Shown: piece after piece, positions 26,850 to 40,200 of the stretch
Layout: every line of letters begins with the position of its first letter
Numbering within the stretch: the stretch's first letter is position 1
NCBI GenBank assembly: GCA_964187785.1
Contig: OZ076409.1
Coordinates: 49,912,001 to 49,976,000, forward strand
Direction of reading: 5' to 3'
Length of the DNA stretch: 64,000 nucleotides
DNA from: Amphiscolops sp. MND2022
Lineage: Eukaryota
Translations under genes and position numbers: made by a program
The notes under the pieces: generated by a model
The model's database searches: none
Told to the model about the DNA's origin: nothing
What the model saw: the letters and a program-made list of their open reading frames with translations, nothing else

Positions 26850-29800
26850 CTTCGCTGCTAAAATTTTCAAGACAAGTATTGAAGAAACTCCTACTAAAAA
26901 AATCAGGACCGAAAGCACCCTTAGAAATGAAAAACAATCGACACCTCAAAGCACTCGTGCTAATTCTGACTTGAACCTGCAATCAGAGAATACTCATTTT
27001 TCTCTTACTTCGATTTCACCACAGTTTTCGAAAAGAAATCAACAACAGCGTAACTTTCGACAGAATGTTATAAAAAATCTCAGCAATAGATTGCTTAAGA
27101 GAAAAGCTGATCGTATCAACTATCAAGAACATCCTCAAAAGAAGATTCTAATTCAAAAAAAGTCTGACGCTACTAAACTACTCTTGATGGCAAACTCAAA
27201 TTACAAATTGATGAATAATGATCGCGCACGGCTAAGAATGAGAAAACCTGAAGTTTTGGAAATAAATCGGGCGCGAGCTTCCAGGAGATACGATCTGAAT
27301 GTCAGAAAACACAAGCCCAAGAAACAAAAAGAACAGATGACACTACAGAAGTTGGTCAGAAAGTGGAATCATCACATTAATTTCAATTGCTTGCAGTATG
27401 TTTGCGTATCTTGCAATCAAGAATTTTATCAGAATCAAATCAGCAAATTGAATAACGCTCTTATTGATCGCGCTCGTCTTATAAGAGTGTCTCTTAAAGA
27501 GTCCACCTCTGTACAAAACAAACGATGGATTTGTTTAACTTGCTCGAAACACTTACTTAGGAATAAGGTACCTCCAATGTCCATTAGTAACGGTTTTTCT
27601 TATCCTGAGCAACCTGAAATATTTCGGCGATCGACGAGGATTAGCCGTTTGATGGTTTCGCCGAGAATTGGCTTCATGAAATTGGTATCAAAACCCAAGG
27701 GTGGTCAACGGGGTCGTATAGGTGGAGTTGTGAACGTGCCCAGCCTCGTTGAAGAACTTCATAAAACTCTGCCTCGTTGCAATAATGACAAACATCTTTT
27801 TGCAGTGCAGTTGTTCCGTGATTCGTTTCAATCCAAACCATATATACAACAAATGTCTATAAAGGCTGATGCTTTTGAGATGGCGAAGTTTCTTTGCCAA
27901 AAACCTCTTTTCATTGAAAATGGTATTTCTTTCCAACAGTCTGATGTTACTTGCTGTCAAAACACCGTACACGCTGACCCAATTGCAGTTGAAACAGACT
28001 CAGATTCATCGACAGATACCCAAAGCCTGATTGACCGAGACCTGAATTTACCAACTGTAGTGACCTGCGAAACTCCCTGGAGCTCAAATTCTCTAATTCG
28101 CGTTTATCCCACTTCTGGTCAACAACCTTTATCTATTTTCACTGACCAGAACTCCGAAGAGTTGACATACCCCGAACTTTTTTGTGGCGAAGCAAGGGTC
28201 GATAATAGTCGCCGCAGAATTCCAGTAAGTTACTCAACAATTGCGCAAGCTGAATTGAAGTCAAGTGACCGACGCTGGGCACGACATGAAGAAAATCTAT
28301 TCTGGAAAGCTACCAAGTTGAAAATTTCTTCTCTTTTTGAGAAGTTGAATGTCGTGACGAGGAAGCGCTACAATAACCTAACAGCCAAGGATTTGTCTGA
28401 AGATTCTATCAAGTCACTCTTCGCCTCCGACCGTGCTTATGCTTTCACAAGTGCGTTCCGAAATTCCCCCGAGTTTTTTAGGAATTTGCAAAACGAATTT
28501 TTTGCAATGGTCAGAACCCTTGGACCACCGCAGTTTTTTATCACGTTTTCAATGAGTGAATCCCGATGGCCTGATCTTTTACGTTTGCTATATCAATCCA
28601 AATACCCTCAGAAACCGACTCCTCAGGACCATGAACTTCTAACGCTTCCATGGCTTGAAGTTTGCTCTCTGATTCAAACAGATCCTGTCAGAATTGTACG
28701 TCATTTTGTGCGCAAACTGCGTTCCATTCAGAATCAGGTTTTGAAAAGTAATCTGAGCCCGATTGGAAAAGTCGTTGATTTCAAGTCTCGAGAGGAAGAC
28801 CAAAAACGTGGTACTTTGCATGACCATGGAATCTATTACGTTGAAAATGCTCCAGTTTATGGTGAATCCACTGATGCTTCCATTGTCACTTTTATTGATA
28901 AAGCTGTTAGTTGTTCTCTATTTTTACCCGACATCGTGGACTGCAACTTAACGGAAGCAGACGAAAGATTGCCATTGGTTCAAATACATAAACATCAAGC
29001 AAACTGCAAAAGACCTTTCGTCTGCCGCACAGGTTTCCCCCAACCGCCTCTTCCCAAGACAATGATTCTACGTCCTCTTGAAAATGATATTACGTCGTCG
29101 GAACACGCGTCAATTTTCGCTCTCCACAAAATTGTTTACACGTTTTTGAATGATCCTACGAAAGTGCCTCCTGGTGAGGATTGTACTTTCGGTTTCAATG
29201 AAATGCTTACCAGGATGAATGTTTCATACACAGATTATCTCAAAGCTGTACGATATCCGTTGAAACGCCCAGCTGTTTTTCTACGAAGGGAGCCAAATGC
29301 CACCAGGGTCAATGCTTACAACCCCTTTTGCTGTACCTTTGGCGATCGAATATGGATATTCAATATATTCTCGATGCATATGCGGTTGCGAAATATATCT
29401 GCTCCTATATTGCAAAGGCTCAGAAAAATATTTCCAGAACTCTCAAAATGGCGTCGGATCAAGCTAAAAACGGGTTGCTCGAGTATTCTGACCAGTTGAA
29501 AGAGATCGCTCGAACATTCATTGAGCATGAAGAAATCGGTGCACAGATGGCTGCTTTGCTGGTACTACAATTGCCGATAACGGTGTCCACGAGATCGACT
29601 CTCTTCGTTAATACTTCCCCTCCGGAACAAAGAGTGAGAATGCTGAAAAGTCACCAGGAACTGGCTCAGCTTCATCCTGACTCAACCGAAGTTTATGCGA
29701 ACAACTTGTTCCATTATTATACATCCTGCCCGCGGACTCTGGAGAACTTATGTTTAGCAGATTTTGCCGCTGAATTGGTTCGTCGCTCTCATAATGAAAC

Positions 29801-31516
29801 GTTTGAAACATCTGAAAAAGTCATAACATGGCCCAACAAGGCACAATTCTATAAATTAAAACGGAATCGAATCCTACGATACGTCAGGTTCGATGTTAGA
29901 AAAGACCCTGAAAACCATTATCGAGAGTTGTTACTTCTCTTCCATCCATTTCGTGATGAAATGAAGATCTTGGGTAATTCCGACACGTTTGAACAACAGT
30001 ACCATCTTTTAAAAGAAAAAATTGAAGCAAAACGAGTTGAGTTCGAACACTGGCGGTCTGTTACACAAAGAGCTTGTGATGAAATAGAACTTCTCAGCCC
30101 CGACGAACTGGAACGAATTAACACCTTCTTGCAAGACGAAGACGAAAACTTTCAAACGGAAGCAGTAACTCATCTGGACGATACGGAGTCTCCAATTGTC
30201 ACCATTGGTCAACTACCTGCCCTGATAACAGAAACTGACTTCGTCTCGCTAATTGCTAGTTTTAACTCCGAGCAGTCAATGATCTTTCATTCCATTTTAC
30301 ATGAGCTTATTCGGAAATCACAGACTTTAAGGGTTTTCGTTACAGGTGGTGCCGGTACTGGCAAAACAGTTCTTGTTCAAGCTCTTTACCAAGCTATATC
30401 CCGAACGAATGATCAACCCGGACGTTCACTCGACCAACCGCTCGTCCTTTTATGTTCCTACACAGGCATCGCTGCTTCCCATATTAAAGGAACTACTATT
30501 CACAGCGCTTTGGGGTTTACGAGTCGATCCAATAACCCAAACGAGCTTTTGGAAGTATCTCGCTCTCGACTTCATACCTTACAAATTCGATACCAATTTC
30601 TTCAAGTTGTGATTATAGATGAAATTTCATTTCTTGGGTCGAACTTTCTTTGCCTTGTTGATTACCGCCTGCGAGAAATTCGCGCGTCTACTTTACCCTT
30701 TGGTGGCTTGACCGTTTTGTTTTTCGGTGATTTATACCAATTACCTCCAGTCAAAGATAGGTTGATTTTCCAACAACCTTCTGATGTGATAGAGTTTCCA
30801 CGCTTCAACGTCCAACTGTGGAAACTTTTCTCAATGTTTGAGCTCAAAATAATCATGCGACAATCGGATGACTTGCCTTTCGCTGAGCTACTTTCTCGAG
30901 TTCGAACAGCTTCACATACAGTTGATGATATTCGTATCCTTGAAAGCAGAATAATTCCAGATGAGATTCATCACCCACCCCGCTTACGTATCTGTCATAC
31001 AAATCAACGAGTTGCTGAATACAATGAAAGAGTTTCGTCGGTATCAAGTTGCCAGTCACACACGATACTTGCCATTGACAACATTTCAAGGGATTGGCCC
31101 ACTGCAGAAGTTCAAAACGACGCTTTGTCACGGAAAATATCAAAGATGACTTCTCATCGAACAGGAAATCTCGAAAGCAGTTTGTGTGTCGCAACCGGTG
31201 CTCGTGTTATGCTAACTTGCAATCTTAACTTAGACGATTCACTGTGCAATGGAAAGATTGCTGTTCTCAAAAAAGTTCAATTAACGAATGGTGAACCAGT
31301 CATACTTTGGCTCCATTTCGAAAACAGTGATGTTGGCCAACTTCAACGAATAAAGCATCACCGTTTGTATCGTGACGGCATTCAATCGAATTGGGTCCCC
31401 ATTTTCAAATTATCTCAAAGCTTCGATGTAACTCATGGAACAACATCAAGTAGAGTTACCAGAATTCAGTTTCCTGTCGTTCCTGCATCTGCTATCACCA
31501 TTCATAAATCGCAAGG
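26830..31516 (+). CDS. Helitron Rep (HUH) - Pif1 helicase, one frameshift at ~29325
   Basis: FFITFS, EDQKRGTLHDHG, YICSYIAK; GGAGTGKT, IIDEIS, GDLYQLPPV, MRQ, TIHKSQG. Confidence 0.92.
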
Positions 31517-31649
31517 TGAGCTATTTTTGTTCTTTTCGGGAACGTATTTTAGCACTTGTTACTAATCGTTTCAACCTGAAGTGAAACGCTATCTTCCTTT
31601 TATATTAGATTTCACAACTCTCGGAGAATGAATCTGTTAATACTTCAGA

Positions 31650-32574
31650 CGATACCTTCAATGACTTGGAGTGTGACTTCCGTTCTCGACCAACAATTCA
31701 TCATTTGGTGTACACGGCACTGAGTAGAGTCCGAAAGTTGGAAAATTTGTTCATTGTCGATGAATTCCTCTCCAGAAAGATATCTGTTCACCCAGAAGTT
31801 AGTTCAATCGTTGTCGACCCTGCTTCGGTTTTTGAACTGCTCTACAGCCAATTGTTACTTTCCCTGAGTTGTTTGGTTATACTGAATCCTCTTGCTCAAT
31901 ATACACTTTTTTCGTTACAGGTTACGCTGGAGATGGACCGACTTAGACAAGAGGCTGTTTTTCCAACTTTACAATCTCTGTCCAAGTGTTGCAAAATCCG
32001 CCTATTGTTCCAAAATGTACAGAGTCTTCGAAAAAATTTTTGCATTGCTACCAAGCAACCATTTTTCGACATTGCAACTTTCAACATTTTCTGTGAAACT
32101 TGGTTGATGTCATCAGACACACTTCCATCCACATTCAATGATATGTTCATCACACGACTTGATTTTCCTACGTGTAATTCGAATCAGAGACACAGAGGAG
32201 GATTTGTAATTTTCTCGAAAGTTCGTCTCGACATAACATCCGAAGTCACGAACAATGTGCAAATAGCATGTTTCGAATTCATGAATCTTCTTTTCATTTT
32301 TGTTCATCGACGACCGTCAGAAACACCAATATCATTGTTCAAAGAATGTCTTTCTCAGATTAATGTAAACTTGAAATGCGACAACAGCTCCTTTTTACGC
32401 TTTATGGGGTCAGAAGGTTTCCACTGTCTAATTGATGATACCACCACGAAAGAGCACACACTTCTTGATCACGTATACTGCAATGAATCGAATCTTCTTC
32501 ATAAGTTGAACTGTTTTGTGGCCTACAATGTTTATAGTTTCCATGAGCCCATTGTTTTAGAAGTTTGTGATTGA
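31650..32574 (+). CDS. Helicase motif VI exon plus APE-type endonuclease exon
   Basis: YTALSRVR; introns ~31517-31649 and ~31798-31920; QNVQSL, CETWL, LLDHVY, SFHEPI. Confidence 0.75.
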
Positions 32575-34003
32575 TTTTGTTTCAGTAGTTTAGCTTGTTT
32601 ATCTTATCTTGAATTATATCCAGCTGAGATGAGAAATTTCGAAACAAGAAAAATGATAGCGTATAGTGTTTTTTCTCGCTTTTCGATTTTCTGAAATCCA
32701 GGCACCATATGTGCAAAGATTTTCGCGCTTAGTCAAAAGCCTACTTCACGTTGCGAGCCATGATTGCTAACATTTGAGAGAAAGCTTTAGGCCATCTTAT
32801 TGGGCCGAATGAGTTGCCGGAGTTGTTTTTAAAGAGATTCCACAGTTTGAAGTTGAAGGCCGGAGGCTCGAGAAGTGAACTCAAGGTTAAAACTCAATAA
32901 TTTCTATTTTCAATTCCAAATTACAACCCAATGATTTTCTCTTTAGAATTAGTACCCACTTTTGTAGTATGATTTATTAGTGCTAATGAATATGATTTAT
33001 TTTCAGAGGTGTAAAATGCATTTTCGTTGGTAAAATCTCAAATGTTGCCTGGCAAATAGCGATGTGACGTGTTGTGCTTTAATAAAAGCGATGTGTTTTG
33101 CGCTGTGCTGTTGCCTTCGTCAAGAATGCAGGCTTTTTTTCAGAGGAAATCGGCCACTCAAGACATTTTTTGGCTGGTTCCCCCAACAAGCATTTTCATT
33201 TCAGGACCTAATTTGTGTCTTTTTGTGCTGTTTTTAAATTGATCAGTAAGTAAAAAATTGTCTTGCCTTTTAAGCCATGGTCCTTCGTGTGATATTGCTT
33301 ATGCGGTTTTTTCAAAATTTGCAACTTCGCAAGTGTTTGCGAAGCACGGCTTCGCCTCTGTGTAATAATAATTCCGACAAAATCTGACACGCGTTTTCAG
33401 CTTAGTGAATTCAATTCGATTTCAAATTTCAGCCAATCAGATTGCAACATAAAAAAATATTCTGATGTTTGAGACCAATTTTTCATTTTCTGCTGTTTGG
33501 TACTTCGGCTGTTTGGGAATTCCCCAGCGCGGAAAGCTGCGGCATAATAGGTACGCTGATCAAGCTGCAGTTGGCGTCGGTTTTTGTTTGTTTTCATTCA
33601 CTTCTGTCAGTTTTTCTCTTGAATTTCTTGGCACGATCTTGCAAGATCTTGCAAATTCGTGGATTTCTTGGTAAGAATCTTGGCAAGACTCTTACTAAAA
33701 AATCCAGGAATATTCGAGATTCTTATCAAGAGTTGCAAGAGTTTATACACTGGGTAGTTTTTGATTAATGAAAGTAGCGTGAAAAGTTTCCAGCAAATTT
33801 AACAAGGGAACATACATAAACTTGACTTCTATAGAAATTTGAAATAGGCTTGAACCAGACTTGAAATATAATTGAAACTTAGCAACGAGAAGTACAGTCG
33901 TGGAAAAAAGTTTTCGTAATGAAAATTGAATTTGCAAATGACATCAAAAATAGTAGTTATAACTTTTATTGGGTAAATTGAATAAAATGAAATTTGAAAC
34001 ATA

Positions 34004-34125
34004 CTAATAAAAGCTGGTTCTACCACCAGCCATAATGTCAGATTCTATACGTTTCGGCAACGAGGCAATCGGCTTTTTTATAAATTGTGCATCAATTCGA
34101 GCCCATTCTTCTTTCGTCACAAATT
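34004..34125 (-). pseudogene. Tc1-like transposase C-terminal fragment
   Basis: EEWARIDAQFIKK..SLPKRI...AGGRTSFY resembles the Tc1 C-terminus. Confidence 0.5.
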
Positions 34126-34575
34126 TTTCATACAGAAGTTGTAGCGGGAATATAACACTGAATGATATTGAAACCGTGAAAAGTTTGTTCATTCACTACG
34201 AAAACTTTTTCCATGAGTGGAGTCGATAAACACAGACACCGATGAATTTTAAGGTTGGGTATTTCCCTACTAATGTGATATCTCTGATTACGACACCGAA
34301 AATGAAATTGACACTAACCAATGGTTTTATACCGTTTTTCTTATACCAGTTTTCGTAATTGATTTTGAACGAGAACAGGTGTTTTATAACGTTTACAAGC
34401 TCTCCAACTCCACTAAAGATGCTGTGGAGTTTCGATGAGCCATCTTGACCTGAGGGTTGAAGAAAAAAATTGAAATGAACTTGATTGATTCAAGCTTCAA
34501 CGAAAAAGGTTGAACTCATCCCTAATAGATTTCCATCATTAAGTGGCTGTAATGTTTGGATCAGAAGCTCAATTG

Positions 34576-34806
34576 TTATAAAAGATTTCTAACTGAGTGT
34601 GAAAAGTAGAAGCAGGAAGCATTTTGAAGACACAACAAGCAGCAGTCATTTAAGCTTTGATCAGAATGAATGGATAGTTTGTTGACATTGACCGATGAAG
34701 TTATTTCTTCAACACAAGGACATTCATCTGAGTATTTTGCCGCAAAGCTTTCCAATTCCGGGGTAGCTGAAAAAATAGCAATTTCTATTCTTTTAACAGT
34801 CATCAA
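34576..34806 (-). pseudogene. PAN/apple-like domain fragment adjoining the Polinton insertion site
   Basis: SLNDCCLLCLQNASCFYFS cysteine spacing; stop codon where the last Cys is expected. Confidence 0.4.
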
Positions 34807-34807
34807 G

Positions 34808-35663
34808 AGTAGTAAGCGAAATCCAGATTCGGGCCAACCAAAGAAAAAATTTCAAAAGCCCCAACACCCCCCCCCCTTTAGAGGCCCAATCAAGCCAAGC
34901 AAAATTCAAAAAATCAAAGTTCACAAAATCATTGAAATTAGGCCCCTTTCCAAAAATAAATCATCAAAATTAGCGGTTGACCAAGCAAAAAATTCACCAA
35001 CCACCCCCAAATTCACAAAATCATTAAAATTAGGCCGATTCTGACCAAGCAACAAAAAATTTCAAAAGCCCCAAACCCCCCCCCCCCTTTAGAGGCATTT
35101 TTCCAAAAACAAATCAACAAATTGGCGTTTTTACCAATGCAATGTAAAAGCAATGCAATATAAACAAATGGCGTGTACATAAATTTGGTTCCAATGGCTC
35201 AGTGGTTAGGCCACTGGAATTTTACGTTCGCGCAGCTTCACACGTGTTCGAGTCCGCGACAAAGCATATTTTAATTTCACCATTAGTGGAGGGGGGTATA
35301 TAAGGAAGTTAGTATATTATTTTTACTGACAAGTTACTCATTGCATGAAAGGATTTGTCATCCTTTCCTCCGCTTTCGAGCAGTATTGGCAATAGTTACG
35401 TGAGCTTTACCAGGACACACTTTCGGGAGGGGAAAAGATTGTGTGTTACATAAACTGGAGCTCCATAGTGAATTAACCAGTGGGAGGTAAAATCCTGTGT
35501 AAATAACTTGCGAGCGTTGGACGTCTGTAGCACATGGTGTCGGTCGACGGAAGCCGCGATAAGCTTTTGCGTTAAGCTTTCGCGTTAAGCTTTCCCGTTA
35601 AGCTTTTGCGTTAAGCTTTCGCGTTAAGATAAGTTGCCTAATACCTCAACGGGAAACGATTTT
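34808..35663 (+). repeat. Left TIR (with internal ~200 bp expansion)
   Basis: Reverse complement of 49438-50108. Confidence 0.92.
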
Positions 35664-35696
35664 CTCGACACCCTTTCAATTTTTTCATCCTAATAA

Positions 35697-36434
35697 ATGT
35701 ATGAAACTCCGTCTCTTCATAAGTTTGGTTTTTCTAGTGAACAGCTAAAACTGAGAGAATATCAAGAGCTAAAAGATATGATAAAAAGTCAAGAAAAATT
35801 AGCCCAAATAACCCATTCCAAATTAAAAGAAGATTTGCAACGCGATTTTGAAAATGACATACAAAATCAAGAGAAATTAATAGAAGAAAAAATGCTAGAC
35901 GCGAAGCTGCGCCAAATACTAGACCCACAGGAAGTTCAAAGTGTTTTATTAAACACAAAGTTAATCAATGATATTTAATCCCAGTTTTCAGACCTTTCAA
36001 AAATCATAAATAACTTAGAACAAATAATGAAAAAATCTTTCGCCGATTAAAGAACTGCTTCAGAAAATGAAGTACCAAATTTAATACACAACAATAGTTT
36101 TGAAATGTTAACAGTCCGTAACTTAAAGTTTATGTCAACTCCGGGTCAAGCTGGAATGATTTTAAATGAAAATGAAATAAATTTTATTCTTAATAGCCTA
36201 GATCAAAATATAATTACTTGAACTAAGAACATATTTCAACTGCTTTATGACAAAGGTTTATTCGATTCTTTTCCCAATAAAGATCAAGCTTTTGCAGATT
36301 ATCTAACTTTCAGTGATACCTATTTAATGGAAAAATATGGAAAAACAATACCTACTTCATATGGTGAATATTATCTGTCTGATTTAAAATATTCTACGAG
36401 ACCAATAATTTTGAAGTCATTGAAAAAGATTCCT
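35697..36434 (+). pseudogene. Polinton orphan coiled-coil ORF, interrupted
   Basis: ATG just inside the TIR; coding-like frame continues past stops. Confidence 0.4.
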
Positions 36435-36510
36435 ATAAAGACCTTGTTGATATGAAACACAGAATGAAATTAACACCAACGGTAATAAATTTCATTTTAT
36501 ATGATTATTA

Positions 36511-37078
36511 AATGAAACAAAAACTCTATCCCTCAATGACCCCCTCCGCACCATATGATGTAGAATCAATGATAAATAAGCAATTACAAAGGTTTTTCAA
36601 TAATTCTATTCAATAATTCTATTCAAAGAAATAAAATACAAGAAAAATTACACCAAATGCAAGCTAGTAAATAACATATTTAACTCGACAGATGGTTTTA
36701 TAATAAAAGGAACAACTTCAGCATCAATTACACTAAGTATTACTGGTGTGGGTATTATAGTTGTTCCAATCACTGCAGGAGTTGGTTGTGCAACTTGTTT
36801 TCTTGTTAAAATTTAGTCCAGTTATTTGAAGAAAAAAGAGCAAAATTATAAACTTAATTACGCTATTATTCAGAAGACACTTGCTGACTTTTGAAAAAAA
36901 ATATCACCGATTTGTGAACATGTATGAAAATTATCGCGTACCTTCACAATCACAAACTATAACAAACAAGTGTGATACAGCAACACCGACTACAACACTG
37001 ACATCGCATATGCCATCGCATAAGCCATCGCATAAGCCAAACAGTTTTTTACAATTAATTTATTCAATTTCAACATAA
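36511..37078 (+). pseudogene. Polinton small membrane protein
   Basis: Hydrophobic stretch SASITLSITGVGIIVVPITAGVG; frameshifted. Confidence 0.45.
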
Positions 37079-37224
37079 AAAGTAAAATAAAAATTAACAC
37101 ACATTAATTGAAAAATACACTATTTTTAACATAAAGAGTAAAATAAAAATTAACACTCATTTTTAAAAAAATTTACTATCGAAAAATATACTGCTATTAA
37201 ATTCGTAAATTTTTTTATAACTAA

Positions 37225-40200
37225 ATGGAGAACTGTAGTATTTGGAATTCTGATTATAAAGAAGGTTTCAAGTCGGACCATCTATAATCAGTAAAACATT
37301 TAGAAAAATTAAATCAATATTATTGTAAAAAATGTAATAAAATTATGCCCCTATCAGACAAGTCAAATCATTTAAGTTCAGACCAACACAAGAACAAAAT
37401 TAAACAGCAGCAAATTTGGTGTGAAGATTGTGGTAAATACATAAGTGATAAAACAAGACATTTCCAAAGTGAAATTCACACGTTAAGAAGTCAGAACAAC
37501 CGCGAAGCCACACAAATTAGTCAAGATACACGAAGCACACAAAACACCTTCGGTAAGGGAGTAGAAGTAATTGTGAATAAAAAACATACAGTAAACTGAG
37601 AGTAAATCCACCTGGCACAGCTTCGGAAAATCTCGAACTTCACATAAATGAAATTTTAGATAAAAATTACTTTCCCTGATATAAATATCAATTGAGTTAT
37701 TTAGCTAAGTTTTCAAAAATAGTTAATGGAGAAGAAAATGTATTTCACAAATGTGTTAAATCAGATTTTAATTACAATCACATGCAAAGCACCTCCGGCA
37801 CAAATCATACAATTCACAACACATTAATGCAGAAATTAGATGATGAACAATTAGCAGGATCAGGTTTTGTGTTAAGCGGTATTGTCAATGTTTTATTAGA
37901 AATATTTAAAGTCAATGATATTCAAGCTTCTTCATACATTGAGTTGCCAGAAAAATACAAGAATAATAAATCAATTATAAATATAAAAAATGATGATCAA
38001 TTTTGTTTTCTATGGTGCATCCTAGGACTCCTTTGTCCCGTTGAGGATCATTAAAACAGAACATCAAGTTGTTCAATGCACTTCAAAAAACTCAACCTGA
38101 AAGGATTGGAATTCCCCATGAAAGTTAAAGACATTCCCAAGTTTGAAAACTTGAATAATTCAAATGTAAATGTTTTTAAACTCACAAAAACAGTTTTAAC
38201 ACCAATCCACATAAATACGAAGTATGATCAACCACAAATTGACTTGCTGCTATTTGAAAATCATTATTACTTAATAACAAAGTTGCATTGTCTAATTAAT
38301 AAGGATTCACACATGAAATGGGTGTGTAGAAGATGTCTAACTGCATTTAGTTCTGAGGATATTCTCAATCAACACATTGACCGTTGTCAAAAACAACAAC
38401 CAACTAATATCACATTCAGTTGGAAGGATCATTTAAAGTTCGAAGATTATCATATGAAAGTTCTTGTACCAATAAGGGTATATGCAGATTTTGAATGTAT
38501 TAATCAACCAACAGATGACCGCGAAGCTGCGCCCAAAGTATTATTTAAACAAATTCCAATTGCAGTAGGCTTTTATCTAATTTCACCATTTGGGAACGAG
38601 TACTACTCATACATTGGAGTAGATTGTGTAGCATGGTTTGTAAATGGAATGTTGACTTTAGAAAAAATTGCATCGGAATATTTCGAAACAAATATTCCTC
38701 TTGAAATCGAAGAAGAAGAATCATTTCAACAATCCAAAGTGTGTTGGTTTTGCGAACAAGCACTACGCGAAAATCCACTCGGTAATTCACAAAGCGTCCC
38801 CGGTGAAAAAATTCGAGATCATGATCATCTTACAGGCAAGTACCGAGGAGCAGCTCACAACAGGTGTAATTTAAAATGTAAAAAAAGTCAAGTTCATTTG
38901 TTCCCATATTTTTCCACAACTTTTCTGGATATGATTGTCATCTTATATTTGAACAACTCTTAACCGAATCTTTCAATCAAAATTTTAATCCGACGATAAT
39001 ACCAAAGTCAATGGAAAACTCGTATCAGTCCAAGTAGGTTGTTTGAGGTTTTTAGTTTCATACCCATACCGATATCTTTCTTCTAGTCTAAAAAAACTTA
39101 TTGCATCTCTGGATACTCTTAAGTATATAAATAGTGAGGGTTTAATTGATGATTTGTTTAAGAAAAAGTTAGCCTATCCATATGAGAAATTCAATCTTAA
39201 AAATTTCCAAGAACCATTAAATCTAACAAAAGAAGACTAGTGGTCAACATTAACACAATCTTACCCGTGTGATGATGATATAAAAAGAACCCAACAATTA
39301 ATTGACAAATACAACACTACAACTCCCCAACATACTATGTTATACTTAAAAATGGATGTCATTCAACTGACTGATATTTTTGAGAGTTTTGTGCAAACAT
39401 CCACTGAAGAGTATGGCATCAAAGTATTATACTCCTTCTCAGCTCCTGGGTATACATGGAAAGCTGGATTGAAGTTGACTAATATAAAGTTAGACTTTAT
39501 AAATAATAAACACTTGTTACTGTTATTGGAAAATAATATACGTTGAGGAATTTCAAGTGTCATGGGTGATCGATTTTTTGAATCAAACGAAAATAAACAA
39601 ATCTTGTACATCGACGCTAATAATCTAGATGGATGGGCAATGAGTCAATACCTTCCTACAGGCACATTTGAAAAACTATACTTTCCACAACAGTATGAAC
39701 TAGAACAAATAGTAGAAGATTTGAGATTTATTCCAGACAACAACCTATATGGATTTTTCATTGAATGTGATTTAGATTATCCAGCTGAAATCAAAGAAAA
39801 AACAGAAAACATTCTTTTTGTCCTTATCAAACCAAAGCAGATCCAGAGTGTATCCCAGATTTTATGAATAGTGTAAAACAACCCAATTACAAACCAACCC
39901 AAAAACTTGTGTGTGACCTAACAAACAAACAAAATTATATGATACACTACAGGATGTTCAAGTTTTACACTAAAATGGGGATGAATGTAACACACATTCA
40001 TACAATCTACCGCTGCAAGCAAAGTCCATGGTTAGCAAAATACATTGATCATAACACCCAAAAACGCACCAAAAGCAAAAACAAACTTCGAAAAAGACAT
40101 GTACAAATTAATGAATAAGGCTTTCTTCGGTAAGACTATGGAAAATGTAAGAGACCGTGTTAATATAGAATTCATTGATCATTCTCAAATACAGCAAACA

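Larger units (their letters stand above)
21642..32574 (+). mobile_element. Helentron/Helitron2-type rolling-circle element (coding span; termini not resolved)
   Basis: Rep (HUH, Y2), Pif1 helicase and APE endonuclease, plus an RPA-like gene, all on the plus strand. Confidence 0.9.
18587..33754. mobile_element. Pair of TIRs (CCCAGTGTA.AAACTCTTG.AACTCTTG) with TCTTG..AAGA subterminal repeats, bracketing the Helentron
   Basis: Inverted match of 18587-18620 with 33721-33754, TA on both flanks, repeat-rich arms 18587-18751 and ~33617-33754; non-autonomous DNA transposon-like. Confidence 0.6.

Noticed and set aside
19797..32890. CAAGGTTAA as piggyBac or Helentron termini
   Set aside because: All three occurrences have the same orientation and no matching opposite end was found.
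38738..38880. HNH/endonuclease VII insert in pPolB as a novelty
   Set aside because: Already known in Polinton pPolBs.
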